From positions 9,502 through 73,501 of the forward strand of contig JADMJR010000069.1 of assembly GCA_018780365.1 (NCBI GenBank): a DNA stretch of 64,000 nt. Direction: 5' to 3'. The notes under the pieces were generated by a model. It saw only the letters and a program-made list of their open reading frames with translations, made no database searches and was not told the origin of the DNA. A program made the position numbers and the translations under genes. Source of the stretch: Acidovorax sp. (GTDB taxonomy: Bacteria; Pseudomonadota; Gammaproteobacteria; Burkholderiales; Burkholderiaceae_C). Shown one piece after another: positions 50,032 through 60,366 of the stretch. Positions within the stretch are counted from its first letter, which is position 1. Each line of letters begins with the position of its first letter.

Positions 50032-51018
50032 TCACCCCAGCAGACGTGCCAGCGTGAGCAACGCCAGCAACAGCATCCAGACGACCACGGACCGCCACAC
50101 CAGCCCCACCACGCTGCGCAGATGGCCCACCTCGGGCTCACGGCCGGGGGTGGCATCGCTGTCCCCCATGTCGGCATCGATCTCCAGGCCTTGTGGCGCC
50201 TGCATTTCGGTGCGCGCCTTCAGAGCTTCTCCCCCCAGACGCACATTGATCGCACCTGCCGTGGCGGCCAGCACCACGCCATCGTTGTCGTTGGGGAAAC
50301 GCTGCGCATGGAAACGCCAGCCTTCGATGGCCTCCTCGAAGCTCCCCACCACCGCAAAGCTCAGCGCCGTGAGCCGCGCGGGCAGCCAGTCGACCAGCGT
50401 CCAGGCCCGGGCACAGACCTGCTGCAGGGACGCGCTCGCGGGCTGGGCGCCCTCGCGCTGCTTGTAGTGCCAATAGCGCGAGACAAACTCGGCCAGGCGG
50501 TACAACACCGCCCCCGTAGGCCCCAGGCCCAAAGCCGCCAGCACCGAGAACCAGGCCAGCACACCAAAGACATGGCGGTGTGCGGCCAGCACCGAATACT
50601 CGATCACATGGCGCACGATCTCACTGCGGGGCAAAGCCCCCACATCGACCTGCTGCCAGTGCGCCAGGCGTTCACGGGCCGCGTCTTCATCGCCTTCTTC
50701 CAGCGCATCCCGGATGCCCGTGAAATGGTGACTGAACTGCCGAAAACCCAGCGTGACATACAGCACCGCCACACTCCACAAGACGGCAAACGGCCACCCG
50801 AGACCCCACAGCAGCGCCCAGTGAATGGCCAGCGTAACCAGGGCAGGCACCAGGACCGCGAGGCACCAAGCCACCCAGCCATGGTGGGGCTTGCCCGCGT
50901 CGAAATTGCGGCTCACGGACAGCGCCCACGCCCGCAGGCCCGCGTGAATGGGGTTGCTGCGTGCCAGAGGGCGGGCCTGCTCGATCAGCAGAGCGAACAG
51001 GATGGCGAAGAAACTCAT
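50032..51018 (-). CDS. CobD/CbiB (AmpE-like) membrane protein
   Basis: ALLIEQ.RP, LGFRQFSHHF, HRHVFG, WLPARLTA.SFAVVG.FE. Confidence 0.85.
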   Translation of the reverse strand: MSFFAILFALLIEQARPLARSNPIHAGLRAWALSVSRNFDAGKPHHGWVAWCLAVLVPALVTLAIHWALLWGLGWPFAVLWSVAVLYVTLGFRQFSHHFTGIRDALEEGDEDAARERLAHWQQVDVGALPRSEIVRHVIEYSVLAAHRHVFGVLAWFSVLAALGLGPTGAVLYRLAEFVSRYWHYKQREGAQPASASLQQVCARAWTLVDWLPARLTALSFAVVGSFEEAIEGWRFHAQRFPNDNDGVVLAATAGAINVRLGGEALKARTEMQAPQGLEIDADMGDSDATPGREPEVGHLRSVVGLVWRSVVVWMLLLALLTLARLLG

Positions 51019-51074
51019 GGGGGGCAATGATACTGGGGCTTCGCCACTCTGCACCCCATTGCGCATGAGCAGGG

Positions 51075-51794
51075 TCAGGCCTGCATGAACCGGTAGAAGT
51101 TGCGCAGCATGCCCGCCGTCGCGCCCCAGATGAAATGGTTCTTGTGGCCATCCTGGTAGGGCATGGAGAACCACTCGCGGTGCACACCATCCCGGTCGAA
51201 CACATGGCGCCGGTGGTTGGAAGGGTCCAGCAGAAAAGCCAGCGGCACCTCAAACAGGTCGGCCACCTCGTACGGGTTGGGCTTGAGCACACAGTCCGGC
51301 CGCACCAGAGCGACCACCGGCGTGATGATGAAGGATGAGCCCGTGACATAGGTCGGCAGGGTCCCCAGCACCTCGACAAACTCGCGCGCGAGCCCCACCT
51401 CTTCCTGCGCCTCGCGCAGGGCCGTGTCGGCGGCCGTGGCATCACCAGGATCGGCCCGCCCGCCCGGAAAAGCCACCTGCCCCGAGTGCGTGGACAGGTG
51501 GGTCGTGCGCTCGGTGAGCAGCACCATGGGCTGCTCGCGCAACAGGATCGCCAGCAGTACGGACGCATGGGCCGGCTCGCGGTCCATGAACTTCTTCTCC
51601 AGCAGCACTTCGGGCTCCCAGCGAGGCGGATGCGCAAAACGTGCACGCAGCGCCTCGGGCGTCTGCGCGGCCACCGCCACGGCGGGCAAGTGCGCATCCA
51701 CCCCCACCACCGGCACCTGGCGGGGATCAAAGTCGGGCAGGCTCGACAGCGGGGCAATGACCGATGAGACGGCAGGGATGGAAGAGGCGTTCAC
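51075..51794 (-). CDS. Nudix CoA pyrophosphatase (NudL-like)
   Basis: LLTER...LSTHSGQVAFPGG, TALREAQEEVG Nudix box, IWGATA. Confidence 0.92.
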   Translation of the reverse strand: MNASSIPAVSSVIAPLSSLPDFDPRQVPVVGVDAHLPAVAVAAQTPEALRARFAHPPRWEPEVLLEKKFMDREPAHASVLLAILLREQPMVLLTERTTHLSTHSGQVAFPGGRADPGDATAADTALREAQEEVGLAREFVEVLGTLPTYVTGSSFIITPVVALVRPDCVLKPNPYEVADLFEVPLAFLLDPSNHRRHVFDRDGVHREWFSMPYQDGHKNHFIWGATAGMLRNFYRFMQA

Positions 51795-51815
51795 GAAAAA
51801 AGAATCTACAGACCA

Positions 51816-51855
51816 AAAAACAAAAAGCCGCTACAGGCTGATGCTGTAGCGGCTT
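51816..51855 (-). terminator. Intrinsic terminator after rplS
   Basis: AAGCCGCTACAG / CTGTAGCGGCTT with A-run. Confidence 0.85.
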
Positions 51856-51874
51856 GTCAGGACGGGCCCGCGCC

Positions 51875-52258
51875 TTATGCGGCGGTGGCTGCAACCTTGA
51901 CGCGCGAAGGCAGCTTTTCCTTGATACGTGCCGACTTGCCGCTGCGTTCACGCAGGTAGTACAGCTTGGCACGGCGCACGTCACCACGGCGCTTGACTTC
52001 GATGCTGGCGATCAGGGGGCTGTAGGTCTGGAACGTACGTTCCACGCCTTCGCCGCTGGAGATCTTGCGCACGGTGAAGCCGCTGTTCAGGCCGCGATTG
52101 CGCTTGGCAATCACCACACCTTCGTAAGCCTGCACGCGCTTGCGGGTACCTTCCACCACGTTCACGCTCACGATGACGGTGTCACCAGGGGCGAATTCGG
52201 GGATGGTCTTGTTCAAGCGGGCGATTTCTTCCGCTTCCAGGGTCTGGATCAGGTTCAT
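51875..52258 (-). CDS. rplS: 50S ribosomal protein L19
   Basis: [35 protein letters not shown]. Confidence 0.99.
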   Translation of the reverse strand: MNLIQTLEAEEIARLNKTIPEFAPGDTVIVSVNVVEGTRKRVQAYEGVVIAKRNRGLNSGFTVRKISSGEGVERTFQTYSPLIASIEVKRRGDVRRAKLYYLRERSGKSARIKEKLPSRVKVAATAA

Positions 52259-52386
52259 GTTTGATATCCAACGATCTTGTCCGCGCCAAAAATGGCTGCG
52301 TCGGGATTGACGATTCAGTGTTTTGCGGGAGGAATCCCTGTCAAAACGGCCGGCCAGAGGATCGAAAAGCCTTTGATTATAACAAT

Positions 52387-53145
52387 TCAGCCAAGCTTGG
52401 CCAATACCGCTTCATCCGCCGGGGCCAAACGCCCCGCCTGGCGCGCCGCGTCGATGAGATCGGGGCGGTGGCGGGCCGTAGTGGCCAGCCGCTGGTCGCG
52501 CCGCCAGCGCTCGATCTGCGCGTGGTGCCCGGACATCAGCGCCGCAGGCACTTGCCGGCCAGACCACTCTTCCGGGCGTGTGTAGTGCGGGCAGTCGAGC
52601 AGACCATCCAGCGCAGGGTTGAAGCTGTCGAGCTGGTGGCTGCCCTCGTCATTGAGCACCCCGGGTTGCAGGCGGGCGACCGCATCCAGCAAAGCCATGG
52701 CGGCGATTTCACCGCCCGAGAGCACAAAATCCCCCAAACTCATCTGCACATCCACATGCGCATCGATAAAGCGCTGGTCAATGCCTTCGTAGCGGCCACA
52801 CAGCAGAACAGCGCCCGCGCTGGCAGACCAGCCTTCCACGGCAGCATGGTTGAGCGGCGACCCGATGGGCGAAAAAAGCACCAGCGGCGCCCTGCCCTCC
52901 TCCGGCTCAGCCCGTTCCGCACGGATGGCCGCGAGGCACCGCTGCAACGGCTCGGCCATCATCACCATGCCAGGGCCACCGCCAAAGGGCCGGTCGTCCA
53001 CGCGGCGGTAATTGCCCTCGGCCTGGTCGCGCGGGTTCCACAGGCGCACATCGACCTGGCCGCTGGCGTAGGCACGACGGGTCACGCCGCTCGCCAGGAA
53101 CGGCGCGAACAGCTCGGGGAACAGGGTGATGATGTCAAAGCGCAT
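52387..53145 (-). CDS. trmD: tRNA (guanine-N1)-methyltransferase
   Basis: [48 protein letters not shown]. Confidence 0.98.
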   Translation of the reverse strand: MRFDIITLFPELFAPFLASGVTRRAYASGQVDVRLWNPRDQAEGNYRRVDDRPFGGGPGMVMMAEPLQRCLAAIRAERAEPEEGRAPLVLFSPIGSPLNHAAVEGWSASAGAVLLCGRYEGIDQRFIDAHVDVQMSLGDFVLSGGEIAAMALLDAVARLQPGVLNDEGSHQLDSFNPALDGLLDCPHYTRPEEWSGRQVPAALMSGHHAQIERWRRDQRLATTARHRPDLIDAARQAGRLAPADEAVLAKLG

Positions 53146-53174
53146 GGTGCACGGCGCGAGGGAGCGATGTTCGA

Positions 53175-53747
53175 TCAGTAGTCCGGTTGCCAATCGACCG
53201 TGATGCGCTTTTCGGGCAGATCCACCTTGTCAACGAAAGCCGAGACAAACGGAATCATGCGCTCCTGCGCCTTGCCGTCTTGTTCGTAGGCCAGCACCAG
53301 CACCGTTTGGGGGCCTGTGGACATCAGCTCTTGCACCTGCCCCAGCGCCACACCTTCGCGGTTGACGACCGACAGGCCCATCAGATCGACCCAGTAATAC
53401 TCATCTTCCGTGGTGGTCGGAAAGCTGGAACGCGGCACAAAGATGCGGGCTCCGCGCAAGGCCTCGGCCGCATTGCGGTCGTCAATGCCCTGCGCCCAGG
53501 CGACCACGGTGTCCGAATGGTCCTTGGCCTGGCGGATGGACAAGAGCACCGTGCCGGCAAACGTCTTGGCGCCACGCTCGGAGGGCTGCAGGTACCAGCG
53601 TTTGGCCGAGTACAGCGCCTCGGGGCTGCTGCTGTGCGACAGCACCTTGAACCAGCCCTTGACGCCCCAGGCATCAGCAATGCGCCCCACCTCCACGGCA
53701 TCGGGGGGCAGCTCTGCGGGTTCGAGGGTCAGGGTGGTGGTGGCCAT
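53175..53747 (-). CDS. rimM: Ribosome maturation factor RimM
   Basis: VGRI..AWGVKGW, EYYWVDL.G, MIPFV, VDW..DY; operon context. Confidence 0.96.
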   Translation of the reverse strand: MATTTLTLEPAELPPDAVEVGRIADAWGVKGWFKVLSHSSSPEALYSAKRWYLQPSERGAKTFAGTVLLSIRQAKDHSDTVVAWAQGIDDRNAAEALRGARIFVPRSSFPTTTEDEYYWVDLMGLSVVNREGVALGQVQELMSTGPQTVLVLAYEQDGKAQERMIPFVSAFVDKVDLPEKRITVDWQPDY

Positions 53748-53766
53748 GGTGGTGATTCCAGAATAG

Positions 53767-53813
53767 GAAAAGGGCGGGTTTCGCCAGACATGCCGACGAA
53801 ACCCGCCCTTTTC
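53767..53813 (-). terminator. Perfect 17-bp hairpin between rpsP and rimM
   Basis: GAAAAGGGCGGGTTTCG / CGAAACCCGCCCTTTTC. Confidence 0.7.
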
Positions 53814-53821
53814 AGGGAGCT

Positions 53822-54073
53822 TTAAGCAGCCTTCTTGGCGGCTTGCTTGATCAGGCGGTCCACGGTGGGCGAGGACTGGGCACCAACGCCCACCCAGTAA
53901 GCCAGACGGTCTTGCACGATGCGCAGGCCTTCTTCGGTTTCCTTGGCGGTGGGGTTGTAGAAGCCGATGCGCTCGATGAAGCGGCCATCACGGCGCACGC
54001 GCTTGTCAGCAACGACGATGTTGAAGAAAGGACGGCCCTTGGAGCCGCCGCGGGAGAGTCGAATGACGACCAT
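53822..54073 (-). CDS. rpsP: 30S ribosomal protein S16
   Basis: [27 protein letters not shown]. Confidence 0.99.
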   Translation of the reverse strand: MVVIRLSRGGSKGRPFFNIVVADKRVRRDGRFIERIGFYNPTAKETEEGLRIVQDRLAYWVGVGAQSSPTVDRLIKQAAKKAA

Positions 54074-54218
54074 GATTTATCCTTCGGGTGGTGAACTCCG
54101 GCAACATTTGCCGTAAGCCACAGTGTTCGCAACCATATTCGCAACGCTTGAGACACGCGACATGGCCACCCGGCCAGCGACACGCTGCAAAGCCTGCGAT
54201 TATATCCATTTCCCTCAA

Positions 54219-54740
54219 ATGCCCACCATCCGCCCTAGCACCGACAGCGATATCCCCGCCATTACCGCCATTTACCAACACCACGTCCTTCACGGTACCG
54301 GCACATTCGAGATCGATCCGCCCTCTGAAACCGACATGGCAGGCCGCCGCGCCGACGTTCTGGCCCGGGGCTTGCCCTGGCTGGTGGCCGAAAAAGACGG
54401 TCAGGTGCTGGGGTTTGCCTACGCCAACTGGTTCAAGCCGCGCCCGGCCTACCGCTTCTCGGCCGAAGACTCGATCTACGTGGCCGACAGTGCCCGTGGC
54501 ATGGGCCTGGGCCGCAAGCTGCTGGCCGAGCTGGTCACACAGGCCGAAACGGCGGGCGTGCGCAAGCTGCTGGCGGTGATTGGCGACTCGGCCAATGCCG
54601 GCTCCATCGGGGTGCACCGCGCGCTGGGGTTTACCGACGTGGGCATCATGCGCTCGGTGGGATGGAAATTTGGCGCCTGGCGCGACATCGTGCTCATGGA
54701 AAAAACCCTGGGCGCGGGCGACACGACTGCGCCGGAATGA
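54219..54740 (+). CDS. GNAT acetyltransferase (phosphinothricin/YncA-like)
   Basis: IY.HHV..GTGTFE, AYRFSAEDSIYV, RGMGLG, VGWKFGAWRD. Confidence 0.9.
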   Translation: MPTIRPSTDSDIPAITAIYQHHVLHGTGTFEIDPPSETDMAGRRADVLARGLPWLVAEKDGQVLGFAYANWFKPRPAYRFSAEDSIYVADSARGMGLGRKLLAELVTQAETAGVRKLLAVIGDSANAGSIGVHRALGFTDVGIMRSVGWKFGAWRDIVLMEKTLGAGDTTAPE

Positions 54741-54753
54741 TGCGATGCAACGC

Positions 54754-55200
54754 ATGAAGAACAAAACCCTGGCGGCCTGGCTCGCCTTCTTGGGCGGCCC
54801 GCTGGGCCTGCACCGCTTTTACCTGCATGGTCTCTCCGACATGCTGGGCTGGATGCTCCCTATCCCGACCGCTCTGGGCATCTACGGCATCCAGCGGGTG
54901 CAGCAGCTCGGACAGGACGACCACTACAGCTGGGTGCTGATACCCCTGTTGGGCTTCACGATTGCCGGCTGCGCGCTGCGCGCCATCCTGTACGCGCTGA
55001 CCACGCCAGAGGCATGGAACGCCCGCTTCAACCCCGGCGCGCCTGCCGATGCCGCGCCCGGGCAGACCCGGTGGATCACCATTGGCGCCATCGTGGTGTC
55101 GCTGCTGATCGGCACCACGGTGCTCATGGCCAGCCTCGCGTTCAGCTTTCAGCGGTACTTCGAGTACCAGATCGAGGAAGCCCGCAAGATCTCGCAGTGA
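54754..55200 (+). CDS. TM2-domain membrane protein
   Basis: KNKTLAAWLAFLGG.LGLHRFYL. Confidence 0.85.
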   Translation: MKNKTLAAWLAFLGGPLGLHRFYLHGLSDMLGWMLPIPTALGIYGIQRVQQLGQDDHYSWVLIPLLGFTIAGCALRAILYALTTPEAWNARFNPGAPADAAPGQTRWITIGAIVVSLLIGTTVLMASLAFSFQRYFEYQIEEARKISQ

Positions 55201-55234
55201 CCCCGGGCGCGACCAAACAAAACGCCCCATTGAA

Positions 55235-55298
55235 TTCACATTCAAATGGGGCGTCAGCGCCTGCCCCTATTGCCTTATTAGCTATATTTTTTATAGCA
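55235..55298 (+). repeat. ~65-bp repeat copy between convergent genes
   Basis: TCAAATGGGGCGTCAGCGCCTG...AGCTAT-N7-ATAGCA; preceded by ACGCCCCATT/AATGGGGCGT hairpin. Confidence 0.7.
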
Positions 55299-55316
55299 CT
55301 CCAAGATTTAGGGCAC

Positions 55317-56327
55317 TCAGAATATCTGCAGGCTGATCCAGTACGCCACGGCCGCCACAAACGCGCTGGCCGGGATCGTCAAAATCCACGCCCAGACGAT
55401 GTTGCCCGCCACCCCCCAGCGCACGGCGCTGGCGCGCTGGGTGGAGCCCACCCCCACGATGGCGCCGGTGATGGTGTGGGTGGTGGACACCGGAATACCC
55501 AGTGTGGTCGCCAAAAACAGCGTCAGCGCCCCACCCGTCTCGGCACAGAAACCGCCCACGGGCTTGAGCTTGGTGATCTTCTGGCCCATGGTCTTCACAA
55601 TGCGCCAGCCGCCGAACATGGTCCCCAGGCCAATGGCCACATAGCAGCTCACAATGGTCCAGGTCGGGGGCGAGGCATCGGTCGTCGAGGCATAGCCCGT
55701 GGCGATCAGCAGCAGCCAGATGATGCCGATGGTTTTTTGCGCATCATTGCCGCCATGGCCCAGGCTGTAGGCCCCGGCCGAGACAAGCTGCAGGCGGCGG
55801 AACCACTTGTCCACCTTGTTCGGGCGCGTGCGCCGGAAGATCCAGGCCACGCCCACCATCATGAGCGAGCCCAGCGCAAAGCCCAGCAATGGCGAGACGA
55901 AGATGAAGGCCACCGTCTTGAGAATGCCGGTGGACACCAGCGCACCCGCACCCGCCTTGGCGATCACGGCGCCCACAATGCCGCCGATGAGCGCATGCGA
56001 GGAACTGCTGGGGATGCCGTAGTACCAGGTGATCACGTTCCAGGTGATGGCACCCACCAGGGCACCAAACACCACGTGCGTGTCCACGATGCCAGGCTGC
56101 ACGATGCCCTTGCCCACGGTGGCGGCCACGCTCAGGTGAAAGACAAAGATCGCCACGAAGTTGAAAAACGCCGCGAACAGCACCGCCTGGGCGGGCTTGA
56201 GCACGCCGGTGGAGACCACCGTGGCAATCGAATTGGCGGCGTCGTGGAACCCGTTCATGAAGTCGAACAGGAGCGCCAACGCCACGAGCAGAACCACAAC
56301 CCAGAGGGCCGTCTGTATGGTTTCCAT
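55317..56327 (-). CDS. pit: PiT-family inorganic phosphate transporter
   Basis: NGFHDAANSIAT, GIPSSSSHALIGG, HGGNDAQK, GIPVSTTH. Confidence 0.95.
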   Translation of the reverse strand: METIQTALWVVVLLVALALLFDFMNGFHDAANSIATVVSTGVLKPAQAVLFAAFFNFVAIFVFHLSVAATVGKGIVQPGIVDTHVVFGALVGAITWNVITWYYGIPSSSSHALIGGIVGAVIAKAGAGALVSTGILKTVAFIFVSPLLGFALGSLMMVGVAWIFRRTRPNKVDKWFRRLQLVSAGAYSLGHGGNDAQKTIGIIWLLLIATGYASTTDASPPTWTIVSCYVAIGLGTMFGGWRIVKTMGQKITKLKPVGGFCAETGGALTLFLATTLGIPVSTTHTITGAIVGVGSTQRASAVRWGVAGNIVWAWILTIPASAFVAAVAYWISLQIF

Positions 56328-56345
56328 GCTGGTCAACCCGCCGGA

Positions 56346-56993
56346 TCAGGAGTTTTCGAGGACGATGCCTTCGATGCAGTTGGCCACGTCCTCGCACTTG
56401 TCGGTGATGGTCTCCAGCAGCTCGTAAATGGCCTTGAGCTTGATCACCTCGCGCACATCGGGTTCTTCGCGGAAGAGCTTGCTCATGGCGCTGCGCATCA
56501 CGCGGTCGGCGTCGGATTCGAGCTTGTCGATCTCTTCGCAGGTCTTGAGCGCGGCTTCTGCCACGGCCGGGTCGGCAATCTTGTCGAGCAACTTGACGGC
56601 ATCGCGCAGGCGTTCACAGCACTTGAGGCTCAGGTCCGTGAGGCGCGTGATCTCTTCCGTCATGTGGCGCACGTCGTACAGCGCCATGGTTTCGGCCGAG
56701 TCCTGGATCAGGTCGGCCACATCGTCCATGGTATTGATGAGCGTGTGGATCTGCTCGCGGTCGATGGGGGTGATGAAGGTCTTGTGGATGGCCTTGTTCA
56801 CCTCGTGTGTCACGCGGTCTGCGGCGCGCTCGGCGTTGTCCACGTCCTGGTTGTATTTGTCCCGCAGGTGCGGGTCACTGTAGTTCGCTACCAGCTGCGA
56901 GAAGGCTCGGGCCGCCTCGACAATGCGGTCCGCATGCTGGTTGAACATTTCGAAAAAATTGCCTTCGCGTGGCAACAGCTTGGCAAACAGCAT
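56346..56993 (-). CDS. DUF47 PhoU-like phosphate transport regulator
   Basis: TFITPIDREQI, DDVAD, LESDAD, ITDKCEDVAN; directly upstream of pit. Confidence 0.93.
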   Translation of the reverse strand: MLFAKLLPREGNFFEMFNQHADRIVEAARAFSQLVANYSDPHLRDKYNQDVDNAERAADRVTHEVNKAIHKTFITPIDREQIHTLINTMDDVADLIQDSAETMALYDVRHMTEEITRLTDLSLKCCERLRDAVKLLDKIADPAVAEAALKTCEEIDKLESDADRVMRSAMSKLFREEPDVREVIKLKAIYELLETITDKCEDVANCIEGIVLENS

Positions 56994-57037
56994 GGGAACT
57001 CCTGGAACGGGATCGATTTTTAAAAGAGGGCCAAGTC

Positions 57038-57076
57038 ATGACAAAACCATGACTCTTTCGTGACCCCGGGAGTTTA
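57038..57076 (-). promoter_or_regulatory. Pho boxes (3 half-sites) just downstream of a -10 for DUF47-pit
   Basis: Minus strand TAAACT (57076-57071), then GGTCAC/AGTCAT/TGTCAT at 11-bp period (57060, 57049, 57038). Confidence 0.7.
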
Positions 57077-57161
57077 ACCGTCCGCCCCACACCGGCCGAT
57101 GCCTGCACGTCATGCGGTGATGCGCCCCTGGCAACATCCAGCGCTGCGCGCCTCCACCCAC

Positions 57162-57524
57162 TCACGCACTGCGAAAGATGAAGTACACCGCCCCCACCAG
57201 GCACAACCCGGCCCAGAGGTAGTCCCATTTCAGGGGCTGGCCCATGTAGAACACGGCAAAGGGCACAAACACGGCCAGCGTGATCACCTCCTGCATGATC
57301 TTGAGCTGCCCCACGTTGAACTGGGTGAAGCCGATGCGGTTGGCGGGCACCTGCAACAGGTACTCGAACAGCGCAATGCCCCAGCTCACAAGGGCTGCGG
57401 TGTACCAGGGCGAGGACGCCAGGCTCTTGAGGTGCCCGTACCACGCAAAGGTCATGAAGACGTTGCTGGCAATGAGCAGCAAAATGGTCTGGAGCGAAAC
57501 GGGCAGGGATTGGAGTGTGGACAT
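57162..57524 (-). CDS. DMT family small membrane protein (DUF486-like)
   Basis: SNVFMTFAWYGHLK, SWGIALFEY.LQVPANRIG, QLKIMQEVITL. Confidence 0.9.
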   Translation of the reverse strand: MSTLQSLPVSLQTILLLIASNVFMTFAWYGHLKSLASSPWYTAALVSWGIALFEYLLQVPANRIGFTQFNVGQLKIMQEVITLAVFVPFAVFYMGQPLKWDYLWAGLCLVGAVYFIFRSA

Positions 57525-57562
57525 CGACGGCCTCGGCCAGGGGCGACTGAACAAGGGGCGGA

Positions 57563-57627
57563 TTATGAACAAAATCGGCACTTTGCGCCTGATGGGCATC
57601 ATTTTTAAGCTACAAAAACAATAGCAA
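57563..57627 (+). repeat. ~65-bp repeat copy
   Basis: TTATGAACAAAATCGGCACTTTGCGCCTGAT...AGCTAC-N7-ATAGCAA. Confidence 0.7.
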
Positions 57628-57658
57628 ACACCTCACCCACCCAGCCACGGTACGCCAT

Positions 57659-57689
57659 AAAAAAAGGCACTGCCCCAGGGCAGTGCCTT
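57659..57689 (-). terminator. Intrinsic terminator after livF
   Basis: AAGGCACTGCCC / GGGCAGTGCCTT with A-run. Confidence 0.85.
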
Positions 57690-57740
57690 GCTGAAAACCC
57701 AGACCCTGCGCCCGTTGCCGGGCGGGTTGGGCGGTGCGGG

Positions 57741-58469
<729 letters not shown>

Positions 58470-58471
58470 TC

Positions 58472-59254
58472 TCAATGTCCTCCGGTGCCCAGATAGGCCT
58501 CAATCACTTTTTCGTTCTTCTGCACTTCGGCAGGGTTGCCTTCGGCGATCTGCTTGCCGTAGTCGAGCACGGTCACGCGGTCGCACAGGCCCATCACCAG
58601 CTTCACATCGTGTTCGATGAGCAAGATGGTGCGGTTGTCGTTGCGGATGCGGTCGATCAGCTCGCGCAGCTGCACCTTCTCGGTGGCGTTCATGCCGGCA
58701 GCAGGTTCGTCCAGGGCAATCAGCTGCGGGTCGGTGGCCAGGGCACGGGCGATCTCCAGACGGCGCTGGTCGCCATAAGACAGGGTGCGCGCCTTGTAAT
58801 CGGCGAACTTGCCGATGCCCACATAGTCAAGCAGCTCTTGCGCGCGCTTGGCAATCGCGGCCTCTTCCGCCTTGAAGCCCTTGGTGCGCAGCACCGCGCC
58901 GAACAGGCCGGACTTGGTGCGGATGTGGCGGCCCACCATCACGTTCTCCAGCGCCGTCATTTCTGCAAACAGGCGGATGTTCTGGAATGTGCGGGCGATG
59001 CCGGCTTTGGCCACTTCGTGCACGGCCGTGGGCTCATAGGGCTTGCCGGCCAGCTCAAACGTGCCAGCGTCCGGGGTGTACAGGCCGGTGATCACGTTGA
59101 AGAACGTGGTCTTGCCAGCACCGTTGGGGCCGATGAGGCCGTAAACCTGGCCACGCTTGATGGTGATGCCCACATCGGACAGGGCCTGCAGGCCGCCGAA
59201 CCGCTTGGAAATACCGGCGACCTTCAGCACCACTTCATTGGATTTCTCTGTCAT
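58472..59254 (-). CDS. livG: Branched-chain amino acid ABC transporter ATPase
   Basis: GPNGAGKTT, ARTFQNIRLF, LSYGDQRRLEIARALA, LDEPAAG, IEHD. Confidence 0.93.
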   Translation of the reverse strand: MTEKSNEVVLKVAGISKRFGGLQALSDVGITIKRGQVYGLIGPNGAGKTTFFNVITGLYTPDAGTFELAGKPYEPTAVHEVAKAGIARTFQNIRLFAEMTALENVMVGRHIRTKSGLFGAVLRTKGFKAEEAAIAKRAQELLDYVGIGKFADYKARTLSYGDQRRLEIARALATDPQLIALDEPAAGMNATEKVQLRELIDRIRNDNRTILLIEHDVKLVMGLCDRVTVLDYGKQIAEGNPAEVQKNEKVIEAYLGTGGH

Positions 59255-59276
59255 TGCTAACTTTCAGTGGTGTTCT

Positions 59277-60353
59277 TCAGGTCTTCTGCGTGAGGCTTTT
59301 GCCGTGTTCGGGCGATGGCCACAGGCCGCGGGGACGCATCAGCATGATGATGATCATGGCCAGTGCGATCAGCAGCTGGCGCAGGATGGCGGAGTCCAGG
59401 CGGCCATCCGTCATGGCCTGCAGCGGGCCGGCGACGTAGCGCAGCACCTCGGGCAGGGCCGACAGCAGCACGGCACCCAAAATTACGCCGGGGATGTGGC
59501 CGATACCGCCCAGCACCACCATGGCGACGATCATGACCGACTCCATCAGGCTGAACGACTCGGGCGACACAAAGCCCTGGAACGCACCGAACATGGCCCC
59601 CGACACGCCGCCGAACGAAGCGCCCATGGCAAACGCCAGCAGCTTCATGTTGCGGGTGTTGATGCCCATGGCCTTGGCGGCGATTTCGTCTTCACGGATG
59701 GCCATCCAGGCACGACCGATGCGCGAATCCTGCAGGCGGTAGCAAATGATGACGGAGATCACCACCAGCACCAGGAACAGGTAGTAGTACAGCGTGACGG
59801 AGTTGATGTCGAAGCCGAACAGCTCCAGGCGCTTGCCCAGGTCCAAGCCAAAGATTTTGACCGAATCGATCTGGCCCAGGCCCTTGGGGCCGTTGGTCAG
59901 GTTGGCGGGGTGATCCAGGTTGTTCAGGAAGATGCGGACAATTTCGCCAAAGCCCAAGGTCACGATGGCCAGATAGTCACCGCGCAACTTCAAGGTGGGC
60001 GCACCTAAAAGCGCCCCAAAGAACGCCGCCAATATCGCCGCCGCCGGTATCACCAGCCACAGTGAGGTGTGCAGCCCGTTGGGGAACATGGCGGCAAACG
60101 CCGCAAAGTTGTCCGCCAGGTGCGGTGAAGCCATCAAGGCAAACAGGTAGGCACCCACGGCGTAAAACGCCACGTAGCCCAGGTCGAGCAGGCCGGCGTA
60201 GCCGACCACGATGTTCAGGCCCAGGGCCAGCAACACATACAGCAGGGCCAGGTCGGCAATGCGCACCCAGGCGTTGCCGAAGGATTGCAGGATCAGCGGC
60301 AGCACCAGCAGCGCGACGGCGCCGATGATCCAGTTGGTTTTGGTGTTCTTCAT
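59277..60353 (-). CDS. livM: Branched-chain amino acid ABC transporter permease
   Basis: GLNIVVGYAGLLDLGYVAFYAVGAY, LRGDYLAIVTLGFGEI, GRAWMAIREDE. Confidence 0.93.
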   Translation of the reverse strand: MKNTKTNWIIGAVALLVLPLILQSFGNAWVRIADLALLYVLLALGLNIVVGYAGLLDLGYVAFYAVGAYLFALMASPHLADNFAAFAAMFPNGLHTSLWLVIPAAAILAAFFGALLGAPTLKLRGDYLAIVTLGFGEIVRIFLNNLDHPANLTNGPKGLGQIDSVKIFGLDLGKRLELFGFDINSVTLYYYLFLVLVVISVIICYRLQDSRIGRAWMAIREDEIAAKAMGINTRNMKLLAFAMGASFGGVSGAMFGAFQGFVSPESFSLMESVMIVAMVVLGGIGHIPGVILGAVLLSALPEVLRYVAGPLQAMTDGRLDSAILRQLLIALAMIIIMLMRPRGLWPSPEHGKSLTQKT

Positions 60354-60366
60354 GGTGTGAGGCTCC

